Assembly (NCBI GenBank): GCA_028534125.1
Contig: CM052822.1
Span: 76,384,001 to 76,448,000 of the forward strand
DNA from: Lama glama
Taxonomy: Eukaryota
Length of the DNA: 64,000 bases
Direction: 5' to 3'
Positions 27,262 through 39,924 of this stretch are shown piece after piece. The notes beneath the pieces were generated by a model, which did no database searches, had not been told where the DNA came from, and saw nothing but the letters and a program-made list of their open reading frames with translations. The position numbers were made by a program, and so were the translations under genes. Every line of letters starts with the position of its first letter. Within the stretch, counting starts at the first letter, position 1.

Positions 27262-27960
27262 CTTTTTTTTTAGAACGACCTTATTTGTTGAGAGCAGTTT
27301 TAGGTTCATAGTGGATTTGAGAGAATTTCCCCTCCCCCACAACACGCACAGCCTCCCGGACCTTCAACTTCCGCCCCACCTTTGTTCCCGTGATGGACCT
27401 GCACTGACATCCGAATCACCCAGGACCCCCGGGTCCCAGCAGCCTCCGCTCTTGGTGTCGCACACGCTGTGGGTTTGGACAGATGTGTGATGACGTGTAT
27501 TCATCACAGGATCGTACAGAAGGGTCCCACTGCCCTCAGAACCGCCTGTGCCCCCCAGATCACCCCTCCCCCTCCCCCAGCAGCTGCTCGTCTTTTAACT
27601 GCCAGTAGTTCTACGTTTCCCAGAACATCACAGAGCTGGAATCACTCAGTGTGCAGCCTTTTCAGACTGCTTCTCTGACTTAGCAACACACATTTAAGGT
27701 TGTCCTTTTGTGTCCTTTCATGGCTCGACAGCTTATTGCTTTTTAGTACCGGACAACCCAGGGTCCAGATGTACCCACTGAAAGGCACCTTGGTTACTTC
27801 CAAGTTCCGGCAGGTACGCATAAAGCTGCTGTAATCATCCCCGTAGGGGTTTCTGTGTGGATATAAGCTTCCGGCTTCTTAGGGGAACAGCAAGGAACAC
27901 GGTCCCTGCTTCGTATGGTGAGGGCGTTCAGTTTAGTAAGGAACCACTAAACCGTCCTCC
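27262..27960 (-). mobile_element. Old L1M-type 3' end fragment
   Basis: Poly-T then gagcagttttaggttca, gtgggtttggacagatgtgtgatgacgtgtat, and cagccttttcagactgcttctctgacttagcaaca. Confidence 0.7.
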
Positions 27961-28474
27961 GTCGCGGCCGTACCCGCTTGCATCCCCCCGTGTGGACGCC
28001 TGTCCCGTGCAGGCCCCAGAGCTGAGCCCCACAGCAGACCTCTGGCAGTGACTCCTCGTTGGCCCACCCTCAGAATCACACAAAATGGACTGACTCTGCC
28101 GTAGACGGGGAAGGCAGCGAGAAACGCTGCGTGAAGGCGCTGGGTTGGAAGGGTTGACCGTCGCCCTGCACTCACGCAGCGTTTCAGGTCCACGGTCGCC
28201 CCCACCCCTCTGCCACATCTCACCCTCGAGTCGTTGGAACACCAGGCCCCAAGGAGGGGGACGCGCACATCACATATTTCATTGGAACAGCATTTGCTTT
28301 TCGTCTTTTTTACCTCCCTTAAAAAAATTTTAACGTTAAAACATTTCTAACGAAAGAACCACAGGGAAACGGTTGCTGGCGTCGCTGGCCTCGTTCGGTC
28401 TGAGGCTGTTTTCACGAGGGAATCACTGACTTTTCCTCCCACTCGCCCGCCCCTCTGTCTTCGCTCTTTCCCAG

Positions 28475-28586
28475 GATTACGGCGGGTACCTGAGCACACA
28501 CCTCCTCCCCGCGAAGGGTGAGAGTCAGGGTCAGGTTTTCGCCTGTGGCGCGGCGCTCTCTCCAATAACAGACTTCAGACTCTACG
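28475..28586 (+). CDS. DPP6: DPP6 exon: DYGGYLSTHLLPAKGESQGQVFACGAALSPITDFRLY
   Basis: CAG acceptor and GTAAGG donor. 112 bp. Asp replaces the catalytic Ser of DPP4 GWSYGG, as in DPP6. Confidence 0.96.
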
Positions 28587-30330
28587 GTAAGGGGCTTGGT
28601 AGACACAGCATGGGCCCCACACGCCCCGTCCCCGCCCTCCCTGCAGCCCCCACTCCCGCCAGCCTCCCCTGCTCAGGCACCCACGGTCGGCTACCCGGCT
28701 AACCCGTGGGGGCGAAGCACCGCAGCAGAGCCTGAGGAGAGGAGGGGAGGGCAGAGGGGGTTCCCGGCCACTTGCTCTGAAAGAAGGCGGTTAACCCCCT
28801 GAGATGCCCCTGAACCGCATTCCCAACACACAAGACCGGGCGCTGAAACACGACCAGACCAGCGTCTGCGCCTGCGGTGGCAGGAGCTGTGTGGTAAGGG
28901 GAGGAGGCGCCCAGCCGTCACCCGCGATCCCCGCCACCCTTCCTCTTTGACCCCGGAGTCGGGCAGGGCCCGGCACTGGGGCTCTGTCCCGGCGTGGGGG
29001 TGTTTGTGGGGGGCTGGGAGAGTGGCTGCTGCTGGTCCTGGGTGGCTCCACTCTGCTCCCTGCCCACCCTCCTCCCTGGCAGTGCCCACAGCCCTTCCCA
29101 GAATCAGACTCCCAGGGGTAGGAACCGGACCTCTGCCTGCACAATCATGGCTCTGTGGCCCCTGTTTTGGGGTCCGAGGCTCCCTTGTATCTTCTCCCTC
29201 TGGTCAGCCAGCCTCTCTTCTCTGCCTGTGAATGGCTTTGTGACATGACCCTGTTTGGAAACATGCAGAGAGGTCTTCCCTGTGGGCTCTGTGAGCTGGC
29301 ATTCGGGTCAGGATGCAGGGAGGCTCGGCTGGTAGCCCCGACCGCCGCCCTGAGCATCACTGATGGGAAATCCTGAGGGCTCCTGGTTGCTGGTCTGTGG
29401 AGCTGCTGGGGCCCCTTGGGTCCAAGGAACAAGCACCTCCCCCATGGCTGCCCCTCCCTGTGTGCCCCATCTCAGCACCCACGGGCCCCACAGAGCGGTC
29501 CGGGGACGACAGTGGAGTCAGGCCCCCTGCGGGGTCCTGCAGCTGAAAGGCTCGCAGCTGATGCCCTGATCTGTGCAAAAAGCTATGCCGCCAATTTCAA
29601 CCTAAAACCGTGCAAGAACTCTCCTGATTCAACACGTCATGGTTTTCCCTGGGGATACGTGTAGCGCAGCCCACGCTCCTCGCAGCCACTGAGACAGCCC
29701 CAGTGGTTTTAGTCACGCTGCTTCACGTCTGCCTGACTTGCACGCCCATGAAGGCCACCACCTGTGCCTTGACCTGTCCCCGTGCCCAGGGCGAGGAGGG
29801 CCTCCACTCCGTCCCTTTGACCTAACTAAGGGTGTCCCTGCACCCGTGGAAGCAGTTTGGCGCTCTTGCCTCCCTGACTTCCTGCCGGGGTCCCCAGGTC
29901 CTCACCCAGGACCCCGACCTGAGCCAGGGAGCGGGTAGAGCAGAGGCCAGCTGAGACTTGTGAGAAATAAGTAAATGCTGTTGGGAATTTGCTCTGTTTG
30001 TTCCCTCTCCTGTATGTTGCAGTGGTGTGTGTGTGTGCGGAGGGCAGTTATCCCGTTTACTTAGGGTCCAGATCAGTTTGTTTCTGCTCAGTGGCATTCT
30101 CGCGGTACTGCTGTACCCCAGCCACCAACACTAACATGTTTACACGTCACCCGCTGCTGCCTGACTACCCTTGTGAAGACCCGAGAGGTTGAGCTGGTTT
30201 TCAAAAGCAAATCGCCACGCAGGTGGCAGCAGGTCCACCCCAGGCCCCCTGCCCGTCCCCCAGGGCGTCCCCCAGAGTCCGACAGGCCCCAGGGCCGAGG
30301 GGTAATGCTGTCCCCTCTGCTTCTGTCCAG

Positions 30331-30389
30331 CGTCTGCCTTTTCCGAGAGGTACCTGGGCCTCCACGGACTTGACAACAGAGCATATGAG
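30331..30389 (+). CDS. DPP6: DPP6 exon: (A)[19 protein letters not shown]
   Basis: CAG acceptor and GAG|GTATGT donor. 59 bp. ERYLG motif. Confidence 0.96.
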
Positions 30390-30630
30390 GTATGTTTGGG
30401 CGCAGTCCCGGCTTGGCACAACTGGGACTCTGATGAAATCGGCCAGCCTCTTCTCTGAATCACTCCCTCCCTCCCCTCCAGCCCCAGCCCTCCCCTTAGC
30501 TCCTCTGGGCCTGTGTCCTCTCCTTGCCCACCGTGAGAAACCCTCTGGGCCCTCCCTCCACCACCTGGTGAACCGCCCATCCTGGACATGGAGGGCAAGG
30601 AGGAACGCTGGGAAGGCTGAGTGGAGGAGG

Positions 30631-30748
30631 CTGTCCCGGGTCCCTAGACGTTGGGTGTAGGTGTCCGCTGGCCCCTGTGTCCCCGGGTCCCTAGACGTTG
30701 GGTGTAGGTGTCCGCTGGCCCCTGTGTCCCCGGGTCCCTGGACGTTGG
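30631..30748. repeat. 47-bp minisatellite running into an assembly gap
   Basis: Unit GTCCCTAGACGTTGGGTGTAGGTGTCCGCTGGCCCCTGTGTCCCCGG starts at 30640, 30687 and 30734. Confidence 0.92.
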
Positions 30749-30848
30749 NNNNNNNNNNNNNNNNNNNNNNNNNNNNNNNNNNNNNNNNNNNNNNNNNNNN
30801 NNNNNNNNNNNNNNNNNNNNNNNNNNNNNNNNNNNNNNNNNNNNNNNN
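30749..30848. other. Assembly gap (100 N)
   Basis: N run. Confidence 1.
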
Positions 30849-31290
30849 CCTTGATTGGGAACAGAAAGCCCCTGGACAGCACATCCTGTCACAGGTGCTC
30901 AGTTGGCTCAGTGCGCCACCAGCCCGGCGGGGCCTCCTCTACTGCAGGCAGGGCTGCAGCTTCAGAGCGGAAGTGGGTGCGTGGCCCACCGGACTGTGGG
31001 CCAGAGTGTTCTGCCAGTGGCATCAGGTGACATGACGGCCCAGGCTACCTGCAGTGCGAGAAAACTTCTCCCTGCTCCCTTCTCCTCCTCCCCCTTCCTC
31101 TTCCTGAAAGGCGTTGAGGTCAGGGAAGGCCGCCCTTGTGAGACCTGCTGGGCGTGGTGCGGCGGGTGGGGAGTGCCCAGGGTCTCCGGGAACTTTGTTT
31201 CCATCGGGGCCGGGCCTCTCAGTCGGGTGTCCAGTCCAGCCCTGCCGCCCACCGGGCGGCGCTCACTCTGTGCTCTTGCCCCACGCGCAG

Positions 31291-31363
31291 ATGGCCAAGG
31301 TGGCACCCCGGGTGTCGGCGCTGGAGGAGCAGCAGCTCCTGATCATCCACGCGACCGCCGACG
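31291..31363 (+). CDS. DPP6: DPP6 exon: [24 protein letters not shown]
   Basis: CAG acceptor and GTGAGC donor. 73 bp. HxTAD motif carries the triad Asp. Confidence 0.95.
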
Positions 31364-31451
31364 GTGAGCAGCATGCGTGGGGCCCCACACTTCCGCCTCC
31401 GTGCTGTCACGGGTTTTGACAAACATTTTCCTCTTTTTTTCTTTTCAACAG

Positions 31452-31525
31452 AAAAAATCCATTTCCAGCACACAGCAGAACTCATCACCCAGCTAATTAA
31501 GGGAAAGGCTAATTACAGCTTACAG
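31452..31525 (+). CDS. DPP6: DPP6 exon: (E)[24 protein letters not shown]
   Basis: Long T-rich tract and CAG acceptor; CAG|GTACAG donor. 74 bp. Confidence 0.95.
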
Positions 31526-32282
31526 GTACAGTCTGCGCGCACCTGCTCGGGTCCACACTTGGAGATGCGGTCCTTTCCACGAAGGAGGAGCCGATGGGCA
31601 CCCAGTGCATCCCATTTCCACTCGCTCTCGGGTGTCCTGATTGTCCGAGATGGGCGCGGCACCACAGATCAGACAAATGGGCAGGGCTTGCTTTTTCTGC
31701 TAATTAGGTTAGCTCAGTTCTGCACTCAGGCTGCATTGAAGCCCCTGTAGGACTCCACCACATCCCCGCCCCCCGTCCAGCCCCCACACCCCCACAGTGT
31801 GATGCGGGTGGGGCTCTTGTCCCACGTGAGTGGCGGGTCCTGAGCCTTCTCCCACCAGCCTCCCCTAGGCTGGGTGCTCGGACCGTGTTGGGGCGGCAGC
31901 AGTCAGAGAGCACCGCCCTTCCCGAGGACCAGACTCATGGCCTTGACCTCAGTGGCGCTGGTGCTGACCCACCAGCCCCAGCCTGCGTGCTTCCCAGCAA
32001 TGCATGATGCTGCTTCTGGAAACTTCTTCCATCTCCTTCCTGCCCTCTGGTTGTTGGGTGAAACGGGTATGACCCCAGTGGTCTTTTCAGGTCCAGAGAT
32101 AAACAAGAAACTTCCTCAGGCGGGCACCCACTCCTCAGAGAGCGGCAGCCCTGGCGCCGGCCACATCCTGCCTCTGTCCCCCCACCTGGCCTTGCCTGTG
32201 GGGCCGGTGTGGGCTGTGGGGCCCCACGTCTCGCATGCACCACGGTGGCCCCTGGTGGTGACTTCTCCTGCCTTCCTTGCAG

Positions 32283-32429
32283 ATATACCCGGACGAAAGC
32301 CATTACTTTAACAGCGCCTCCCTGAAGCAGCACCTCTACCGCTCCATCATCAACTTCTTCGTGGAGTGCTTCAGGATTCAGGACAAGGTCCCGACGGTCA
32401 CAGCGAAGGAGGAGGAGGAGGAGGACTGA
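32283..32429 (+). CDS. DPP6: DPP6 terminal coding exon: [48 protein letters not shown]
   Basis: CAG acceptor and TGA stop at 32427-32429. DESH triad-His motif and acidic C-terminus. The 10 exons give 932 coding bp in one uninterrupted frame. Confidence 0.97.
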   Translation: MYPDESHYFNSASLKQHLYRSIINFFVECFRIQDKVPTVTAKEEEEED

Positions 32430-33194
32430 CCACAGGAGCCCGAGGCTCAGCGTGGCTCTTCCTAGAACCGCGGACCCCCGGGAACCCCCGCCCCTCCCCG
32501 CAGAGGCCTGTGGGGGGCAGGGAGCGTTACCTTCATAGCATGTGTGTCTCGGGTCCTGAAGGCAGTTTTACTTCAGAAACAAGCTCCTTCCCGGGTGGAG
32601 ATGCGTCATCGCTCACGAGGGCGTCCCCGGAGCCCGGAACCACCGCTGCTCCCCCCCCCAGAGTGACCAGTGCATCCCGCAACCCCTCCCCAAGGAACAA
32701 GGCAAAGGACGAACGGCAGTGAGGAAGCTGGCCCTGGACTCCCCACTTGCAAGCAGAGCTGTGAGACCCAGCCTCCGCCGGGCACCACGGCCCCCCGAGC
32801 ATCACGTGCTGTCTGACGCCCCCGCGCCGGGAGCACCCAGAGCGCAGCTGCGCGGACAGCGCCTGCTCATAGCTTGGCTTGCTCAGTGCCCTCGCGGGCC
32901 GTGCAGAGTGTTCCCGTAGCTGTGCTAATGGTCAGCTTCCGGATTAATTCGTATTTTTCTATGGTTTTTACCTGGCGCTGTCCCTGGTCGCGGGGTGGCT
33001 TTGCTGTGTGCTTTTGTTTTGTATTGTTTGGCTTTGTTTTGTTCAGTCAATGTGTAGGCTTTGCACTTGTTTGGAGAAGGAGACGGATCAGAAGTAACTA
33101 ACCTCTCTCTCCTCGAGGTCATCTTTAGACTCTGTGGAAGCGTTTCAAATGCTGACGGGAACAAGCATCCAATACCATTCACTAAAAATTCATA

Positions 33195-33200
33195 AATAAA
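33195..33200 (+). terminator. Candidate DPP6 polyadenylation signal AATAAA (proximal)
   Basis: AATAAA about 770 nt after the stop, in an A-rich context. Confidence 0.55.
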
Positions 33201-34072
33201 ACCTCTCTCCCACCAGGCGCATTAGGATGTGGCTTAGAGTCGCACTGTCCACTTACGTATGTTTTTAACCCCATCCTTTTCCTCCTCGGTAAGTTGTCGA
33301 GTCTTCATACGCATTTGGTTAGAGAGACAAAGTGTTGACCCCACCTCCAGGTCCATCTCATGTGCTGGGGTGACAGAGGCCCTCGAGGAAGGCGGGGGCT
33401 GGTGTTGGTGTCACCCCCACCCTGGGGGGTGGCCCTGTCCCTCATGCCACATGCCAGCAGCCACATCGATGCTCTGTGCTAGCCTTGTAAGATAGCCTCT
33501 GACCACGCGTACGTACGGCCAGCACCCCGTGCACATTTCCTGGTGGTGTGTATAAAGGCAGGATGCTGGTCAGACGTGGCGCCGCGCCCCCTGCCCACTG
33601 CCCCGGTTCTCAGCGTGTTTGGCTCGCGTGCCTGCGCTCGGGCCGACCTGGCTCTCGAGAAGTGCTAGTGTGAACAGACCGTGGCCTCGGGAACCCTCGA
33701 CAACCTGAACGTCGGTTCTGATTTCTCCAGCTTCTGGTCCTGCTGAGGGTCCACAACACCTTGTCGGCAGAGGAGACACGTCCACGTCGCTTTTGGGGGG
33801 GGGTCTTGGTTTCACCTACACACGTTTTGAACGTCAGCTGCGCTTAGCTGCATTAGAAGAGCTCCGTCACGGGTGTTTTCAAGGTGAAGCATCACCGTTT
33901 GGGACGAGGATGAATGGGCTGACCACCCTCTGCACACTGTGGCCGTGCTCTGCCACTTCGCGGGCTCGACTACTGCCAGGCCAGTCGGTCCGAAAGGGCG
34001 CGCCGGCCCCGGCCACGAGGTCTGGCGGGAGGGCAGCGGGAGCGCGGCGTGGTAGTGTTTGCTCATCTGTGG

Positions 34073-34078
34073 AATAAA
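34073..34078 (+). terminator. Candidate DPP6 polyadenylation signal AATAAA (distal)
   Basis: AATAAA followed by T-rich sequence (cattttcttttgc). Confidence 0.5.
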
Positions 34079-35318
34079 ACAGCATTTTCTTTTGCACTTG
34101 GAGAACTCCTTTCTTGCTTACCCTCCACCATCTGACCTTCGAAAGTGTGCGGATGCTCAGGAAGACTTTAAGGGGCTCCTTGTACCCCAACCAAGTCCAA
34201 TGCGTGTCCTCAAGACCCCGTGTGCAGCAAGTAAAGCCCGCATCCGCGGTAGCGGCGGCCCCGATGGTAAGAAGGACTGGACCAGCCGAGTACACCGAAG
34301 GCTCAAATCCACCTGAGGGGAACTTGCGTTTTGCCGTGAAAGTTTAGGGTGAAGACTCAGATATGCCCCAACACTCAGAGTAACGTTTGCCCTCAGGTGA
34401 GGCCATAGAATTGCCTGCCAGAAATTTTTAGAAAAATCTTCATCTTTTGGAAAATTGTTCATTCATTTGTTTTTGTTGTTGTTATTTCAATAAGTCTGGT
34501 GTAGCCCGGCCTGAAAGACTGATTTAATAAATCCTTCCAAACCAGTGAGCAGAGGCTCCCTCAGAGAGAAAGGGGATCAGTCCAGTCACCCCTGCTGAAT
34601 CCTGTCCCCCTTCTTGACCAAGAATCAGGAAGCAGAGGAGAGAAAACAAAAAAGCCAGAAGCAGCAGACATCACGCCAGCCCGGTGTGCCTGCCCTCCCC
34701 ACCGCAGTCACCGTGGGCATCCTCAGCCTCTCCCAGCTCCACCGGAAGGAGGCTGCTTCCTCACCACCTCCCTCTGCTGAGTCTGCTTCTCCTGGGCCGG
34801 CTTGACTTGTGGGTGGGAGTTAAGGGTTTCACGAGATTGCTTATTTCCCCCTTCTGGAAACACTGTCTACGGGATGACAAGCTAAGACCTTGGCCCCCTC
34901 CGTTAGCACACAGGTGTCAGCTCTTGGGATAATCACAAGGGGAAAGAACAGCTGTTACAGACCAGTGTGCAAACTGAGAATGTCCAGTCCATGTATGAAG
35001 TCAGAACGCTGCCCCGCAGCCTGCAGCAACTGCCCCCAAACAGCCAGGCCTTGGTCAACATCTGACAGCTTCCCAAATTTCTGCCCCCACTTCCAACTGA
35101 GCACCAACTGAGGAGAGCCTAGTACACTCCCCTCTTCTAGTTAGCTGCCCCAGCTGCCCACACCCACAGCCTCCCTCAGGGCACCCCAAGACCCTTCTCC
35201 CACTACGAGGCTGCCCCATCCCCTGGCCCACCTTCATGTCTCCACCAAGCACAAGTGATGGCTGACTCCTGGGCTCCAGCCGGCTCTGAGTATGCAGCCT
35301 CTGCCTGCTCTCACTTGG

Positions 35319-35680
35319 GTGTATTAGTCAGCTCTGCTGCATAACAAAACACCAGACTGGGCAGCTTAAACAACAGGAATTTATTTCTCACAGTTCTAGA
35401 GGCTGGAAGCCCAGGAACAAGATGCTGGCGAATTTAGTTCTGGGTGAGAACCACTTCCTGGTTCATAGACAGCCTCCTCTCTGGGTCCTCACCCAGCAGA
35501 GAGAGAGGGAGGGTGCCGTTCTTACAAGGGTGCTAATCCCACCGTGGGGGCCTCACCCTCACAGCCTCACTAAACCTATTCACCTCCCAAAGGCCCGTCT
35601 CCAGAAGCCATCCCGTTAGAGGTTAAAGCGTCAACACGTGAATCTGGGGCAGGAGGGAGACGCACCTTCAGACCGTGACA
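35319..35680. mobile_element. MLT1A/B-type MaLR LTR
   Basis: tgtattagtcagc...ataacaaaacaccagactgggcagcttaaacaacaggaatttatttctcacagttctagaggctggaag, ending ttcagaccgtgaca. Confidence 0.85.
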
Positions 35681-38600
35681 CATGGTCCTTCTCTTCACGC
35701 TGTGGAGGGGCAGGTGGGGAGCCTGGCAGGAGGCTGGCGGAGGACTTGGGCTTGGGGACACTGCTCGTGGGTGGGGCTTCTCCAGGGGTCTGGGTGGGCA
35801 GGTCTCTGGATGCTGGTTCTGAGAGCCCTGGGCTCCCTTGTGCAGGCCACAGGCTCCAGACAGCCATTCACCGTCCAAATCCCGGGCCCCCCGCACACAC
35901 GGGATCAGCAGGCGCCAGGTCACACGGGCAGGCGGCCCGACGGCACTTGCCCGTTGGATCGTCTTCCTCCACGAGAAGCTCTGAAGCCCAGGCCTCCCTC
36001 CCAGGTCTGGCACCTTCCCCGGGGGCTCTCCCCTCCCTGGCACGGGGCCCCCAGCACAGCCCCAGGCCCACACGTAGCCTCGCTTGGTGGAAACGGGGGG
36101 TGTCAAGCTCTGGATTCTGAGCAAATGACAACTTCACGAGTGCGTCCAACTCCTGCTCAGTGCGGGCCTCCTCCCAGGAAATCTCACTGGGCCGGCTCAT
36201 CAGTCACCCTGTGACGCGGCTGAAGCTGTGTCCTTGTGGTTTCCCAGACTTGGATCTGAAGTGACTACAAGTAAGGGAGTGACACTGGGAAAAAGATTGG
36301 TGGCCCTCAAACTCTGGTGCCCCTCAGAATCCATCTGGCACCTGGTAAGAGAGCCCCCGAGCCCAGGATGGTGGGGGCACACGAGTGTGCACGCGCGTGC
36401 ACACACACACACGTTTGACAGCAGTGTGCTGAGTGACCTGGCCCCACGGAGCCTGAGCAGGCGTCCCCCTGGCGTAGACTTTGCCCCACAAATATTCAGA
36501 TTCCTGGAGAAGACTCTGATTGTGGAAAAGGCCCAGAGCAGCCAGCACGTCGGGCCATAATCCTCTGTCCCGCTCAGGCTCTGACGAGCCTCCGGCTGCT
36601 CTTTCCGCCCCCATCCCTCCTCCCTCCCTTCACTTCCTCCTTCACGTTAGGATGCCCGGTTCTCTCTTTACGGGATGAGAAATGTTGCCAGGACCAACCG
36701 TGCCTCAGAGCCTTCTGTCTCCTGTAAGCCAGTGTCCACAGCCCTTGCCTGTGCTTGCTGCGCCTCCAGTGCCCCCATTTCGTCACTGCAAACTCGTCTC
36801 CTGTTACTGCCCTGGACACACCGTCCTGCCCGGTGCCCGCGCCCCGGACTCACCTGCCGCCCCTGCACTCGGCGATGCCTGCGCTGACGCAACCGTGCCT
36901 CAGCTGCCCTGGCACTTCGGGCCGGGGCCGCCCTGCTGTGGGCTGCCCTGTGCACCAGAGGTGCCAGGGGAGTTGCTGTGCTCTGTTTACCAGACGCCAG
37001 CAGCATCCAACCCCCACCCCTGCCGATGTCTCCAGGCATTGTTGCATGTCCCTGAAGTTGAGGATCAGGTCTGACTGCATAGACCATGTTCAAGGGCTCG
37101 ACCCTGAGAGGGGGCTTCTCCTTGGATCTCCTGCCCCCAGGGCCTTCTCTACAAGGCCTTCCCTGGCTTCTAACTGGAAGGCTGAGAGCATGGTGTGGAG
37201 TATTTATTTTGATTCATTAAACACCCAGTTGCTAGATTTGAAACCCTCTGTCTCTACTGGTGACCCTGCCCCAGGCAGCCCCTCCTGTGTGGAAGGAGGC
37301 CTGACCTCTGTGACACGGAGTCCAACAGAGGTGACCCTGCACCTTCCCGGGCAAAGCCGTTGGAGGTCCTGCAGCCTGTACCTTGTCTCCTGGACAAGAC
37401 GCTCATTCCGGGGGGGGCCAGCAGCCCTGCGTGAGGACGCTCAAGCAGCCGAAGGAGAGGCTGACGTGGGGGGATATGAGGCCTCCCACCCGCAGCCATG
37501 TGGGGGGCCACCTTGGAAGTGAATCCTCCAGCCGTGTCCGTCCTGCCAAGGCCTGTGGCCAGAGGCGGTCCTGAGGCCACACTCAAACCCCATTCCCTAG
37601 AAAGCATGAGAGATAATAAAGGAGTAATTGTGTTCGAGCCACCAAGTTTAGGGGGTCCACTACATAGCATTCGGTGACTGGTCACCACCCCGACTGTCTC
37701 CCTTTCTCCAGGTTCCACCGGCACCTGCACGGCTGCCCCTGCATGACACCCCTCCTGCCAGACAGGGAAGAAGTTAGGGACATGTGACCCTCAAGAGTAG
37801 AGAGCCTCCTCCCTGGCTGCCTCCCCACCCGGTTCCCAGCCCCAGGCACCAAGTCCCTGCTCGGTCAGGAAAGGTCAACAAGGGGCAAGGAGAGGGATGG
37901 GGGAGCGACTCCCGCCAGACGTCCCGGCGTCCACCCACCACCTGGCCCCCTCCTCCTGGGGAGTGGAACGCTGCTGTTGCTGGGCCCGGCCCGCATCACC
38001 CAGAAGAAGGGCAGCTCTGAGTCTCCTTTGCAGTTTGAAGGGTCCACAAGACTAAGCTCTGGCCACTTGGCAGCTCGCACAAACATTCTTGCGGGGCCCC
38101 GTCTGCCTTCTCCCCCCTCCTCTCTGGTCCCTGAAGGTCACAAGATGGGGGCTCCAGGCTGAGGGCGGGCAGAAGGAGGAAGCGCCTGGGCTCCTGGAGT
38201 GTGGCTGGCTGCCCGCCCGCCCCGGCGCCCCCGGCTCATCTTGGGCTTGTCCACGCCCTGCAGCCACATGCAGGCCCAGGTCCCGTGTCCCTGAGGCCTG
38301 GCGCCCGCAGGCCCACCCCGCAGGAGCACGGTGTGCCGGACCCCCAGGTGCAGTTCTCAGAAGGCAGGCGTCCTAAATTAAGACAGTGGTGGGTTATTTC
38401 CACACACAAGACCTCATTTTGACCCAAATTCTGATGGGCCCCATAGGTTCCGGCGGATTTCACTGCCAGGATTCTTTGTGAGTAAGAGGGTATTGTAGAA
38501 GACATACATTTGGTGCATTCATATGTACAAACACGGCAGATTCATCACCTGGGGAGGACCTGGGCTCCATGATGCCTCCACATCCTGCTTTTGAGCACCT

Positions 38601-39924
38601 TGTTCCACAGCGTGACACGTCGTAGCCAGACTGTCGGCCTGTCCGGCTCAGATTGCATCAGCAGATTTCTGGTTTCTAAGCAACCACTTCTACGGAAATC
38701 TTAAATCTTTTCTCAGAGTCAGGCAGCCATTCACTGAATGAGGTGCTCATGCTTTGAAGGGAAGAAGCCCGCCTGAGCTGGACTCGGAGGACGTCTTGGG
38801 GGGGGTGTAGACTGTGTCTCTGAAAGCAAGCTCTTACAGCGGTGCCCTCCGCTGCCGCCAGCTTCACACGACCCACCCGACGTCCCTAAGAACAGAGTTG
38901 GGGAGTGAGGTGCAAAATTCTGTCTCACAACACTTTTATTTAGAGCTGGTGAGAGTCTGGCGGAGACCATTCACGGGGCTTCACGTGGGAACTCAATGGT
39001 TCGGGGCTTCTAGAATGGCTGGGGGAACTAGCTAGCACACGGAGGAGTTCTGGGTGGTTAACAAAACCACACTCTCCATCCTGGCCCTGGGGGATCTTCC
39101 CCGAATAGAGCTAGAATTCCACTTCCACCCACTGATGGAGGACGAGCCCCTGGGGCAGGGAAAGCCTGTATTTCTTCTGGATCCTAGTCTCCTCTCCCTC
39201 CGCGGGGCCCAGCTGTGAGCAGCAGGATGGGGGTGGGCATCTGAGGAGCCTGCCCGAGTTGTGGGGGGAAGTATTGCTCCAGGAGGCAGGACCACCGCTT
39301 GCTTTCCCATCCCACGGGCGGACCCCTGCCGCGGGGTGGGGGTGGGGTGGGAGTGGAGGCAGGAGGAGGAGCACTTTGAGGGGCTGGGGTGCCTCTGGAG
39401 TTTTACCGAGTTCACTCACTGGCCGCAGGCTGTCTGGGAGCCCGTGCCGAGGCCAAGGCAGTGAGCGGTGGATGGGGTCTCCGGCTCTGGGATAACAGCC
39501 TCATGTGTAATTCACCAGGCTTCAGAAACAGGAGCGCACACAGCTGCGGGTGCTTCGGCCCAAGCCCGGCAAGTGCGCCTTCAGTGACTCATCACTGGGC
39601 TCAGGGAACTTGTCAACCGCTTCAAAGTTCTGTTTTTCTAAAGAATCAGTTACAGAAGAGTTCCAGGGCGGAGTTCCTCTGCGTGGAGAAGTAAGATTAT
39701 CCCTCTACCGCAGGGTGGGTTGTGGGGAGCTCAGAGGGGGCCAGTGGGCTGGAATGCGGAGGGAGGGGGACGGACGCGGCCTGCAGGAGGGGAGGCAGCT
39801 GGTGGAGGCGAGTGGGCAGCGCGGCAGGGGAGCACTGGCCCCCGCGCCCTGGCTGTGGGACCCAGGCCCTTGCTAGTCTTTCTGAACTTCCATCGCATCA
39901 TTTGCAAACTGAGCCCCGCAGGTC

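Larger units (their letters stand above)
32430..34100 (+). other. DPP6: DPP6 3' UTR (end uncertain)
   Basis: Follows the stop codon. U-rich block at about 33010-33070. Candidate poly(A) signals downstream. Confidence 0.6.

Noticed and set aside
32830-32865. REST/RE1-like half-site GGACAGCGCC in the DPP6 3' UTR
   Set aside because: The left half-site (TCAGCACC) is absent at canonical spacing.
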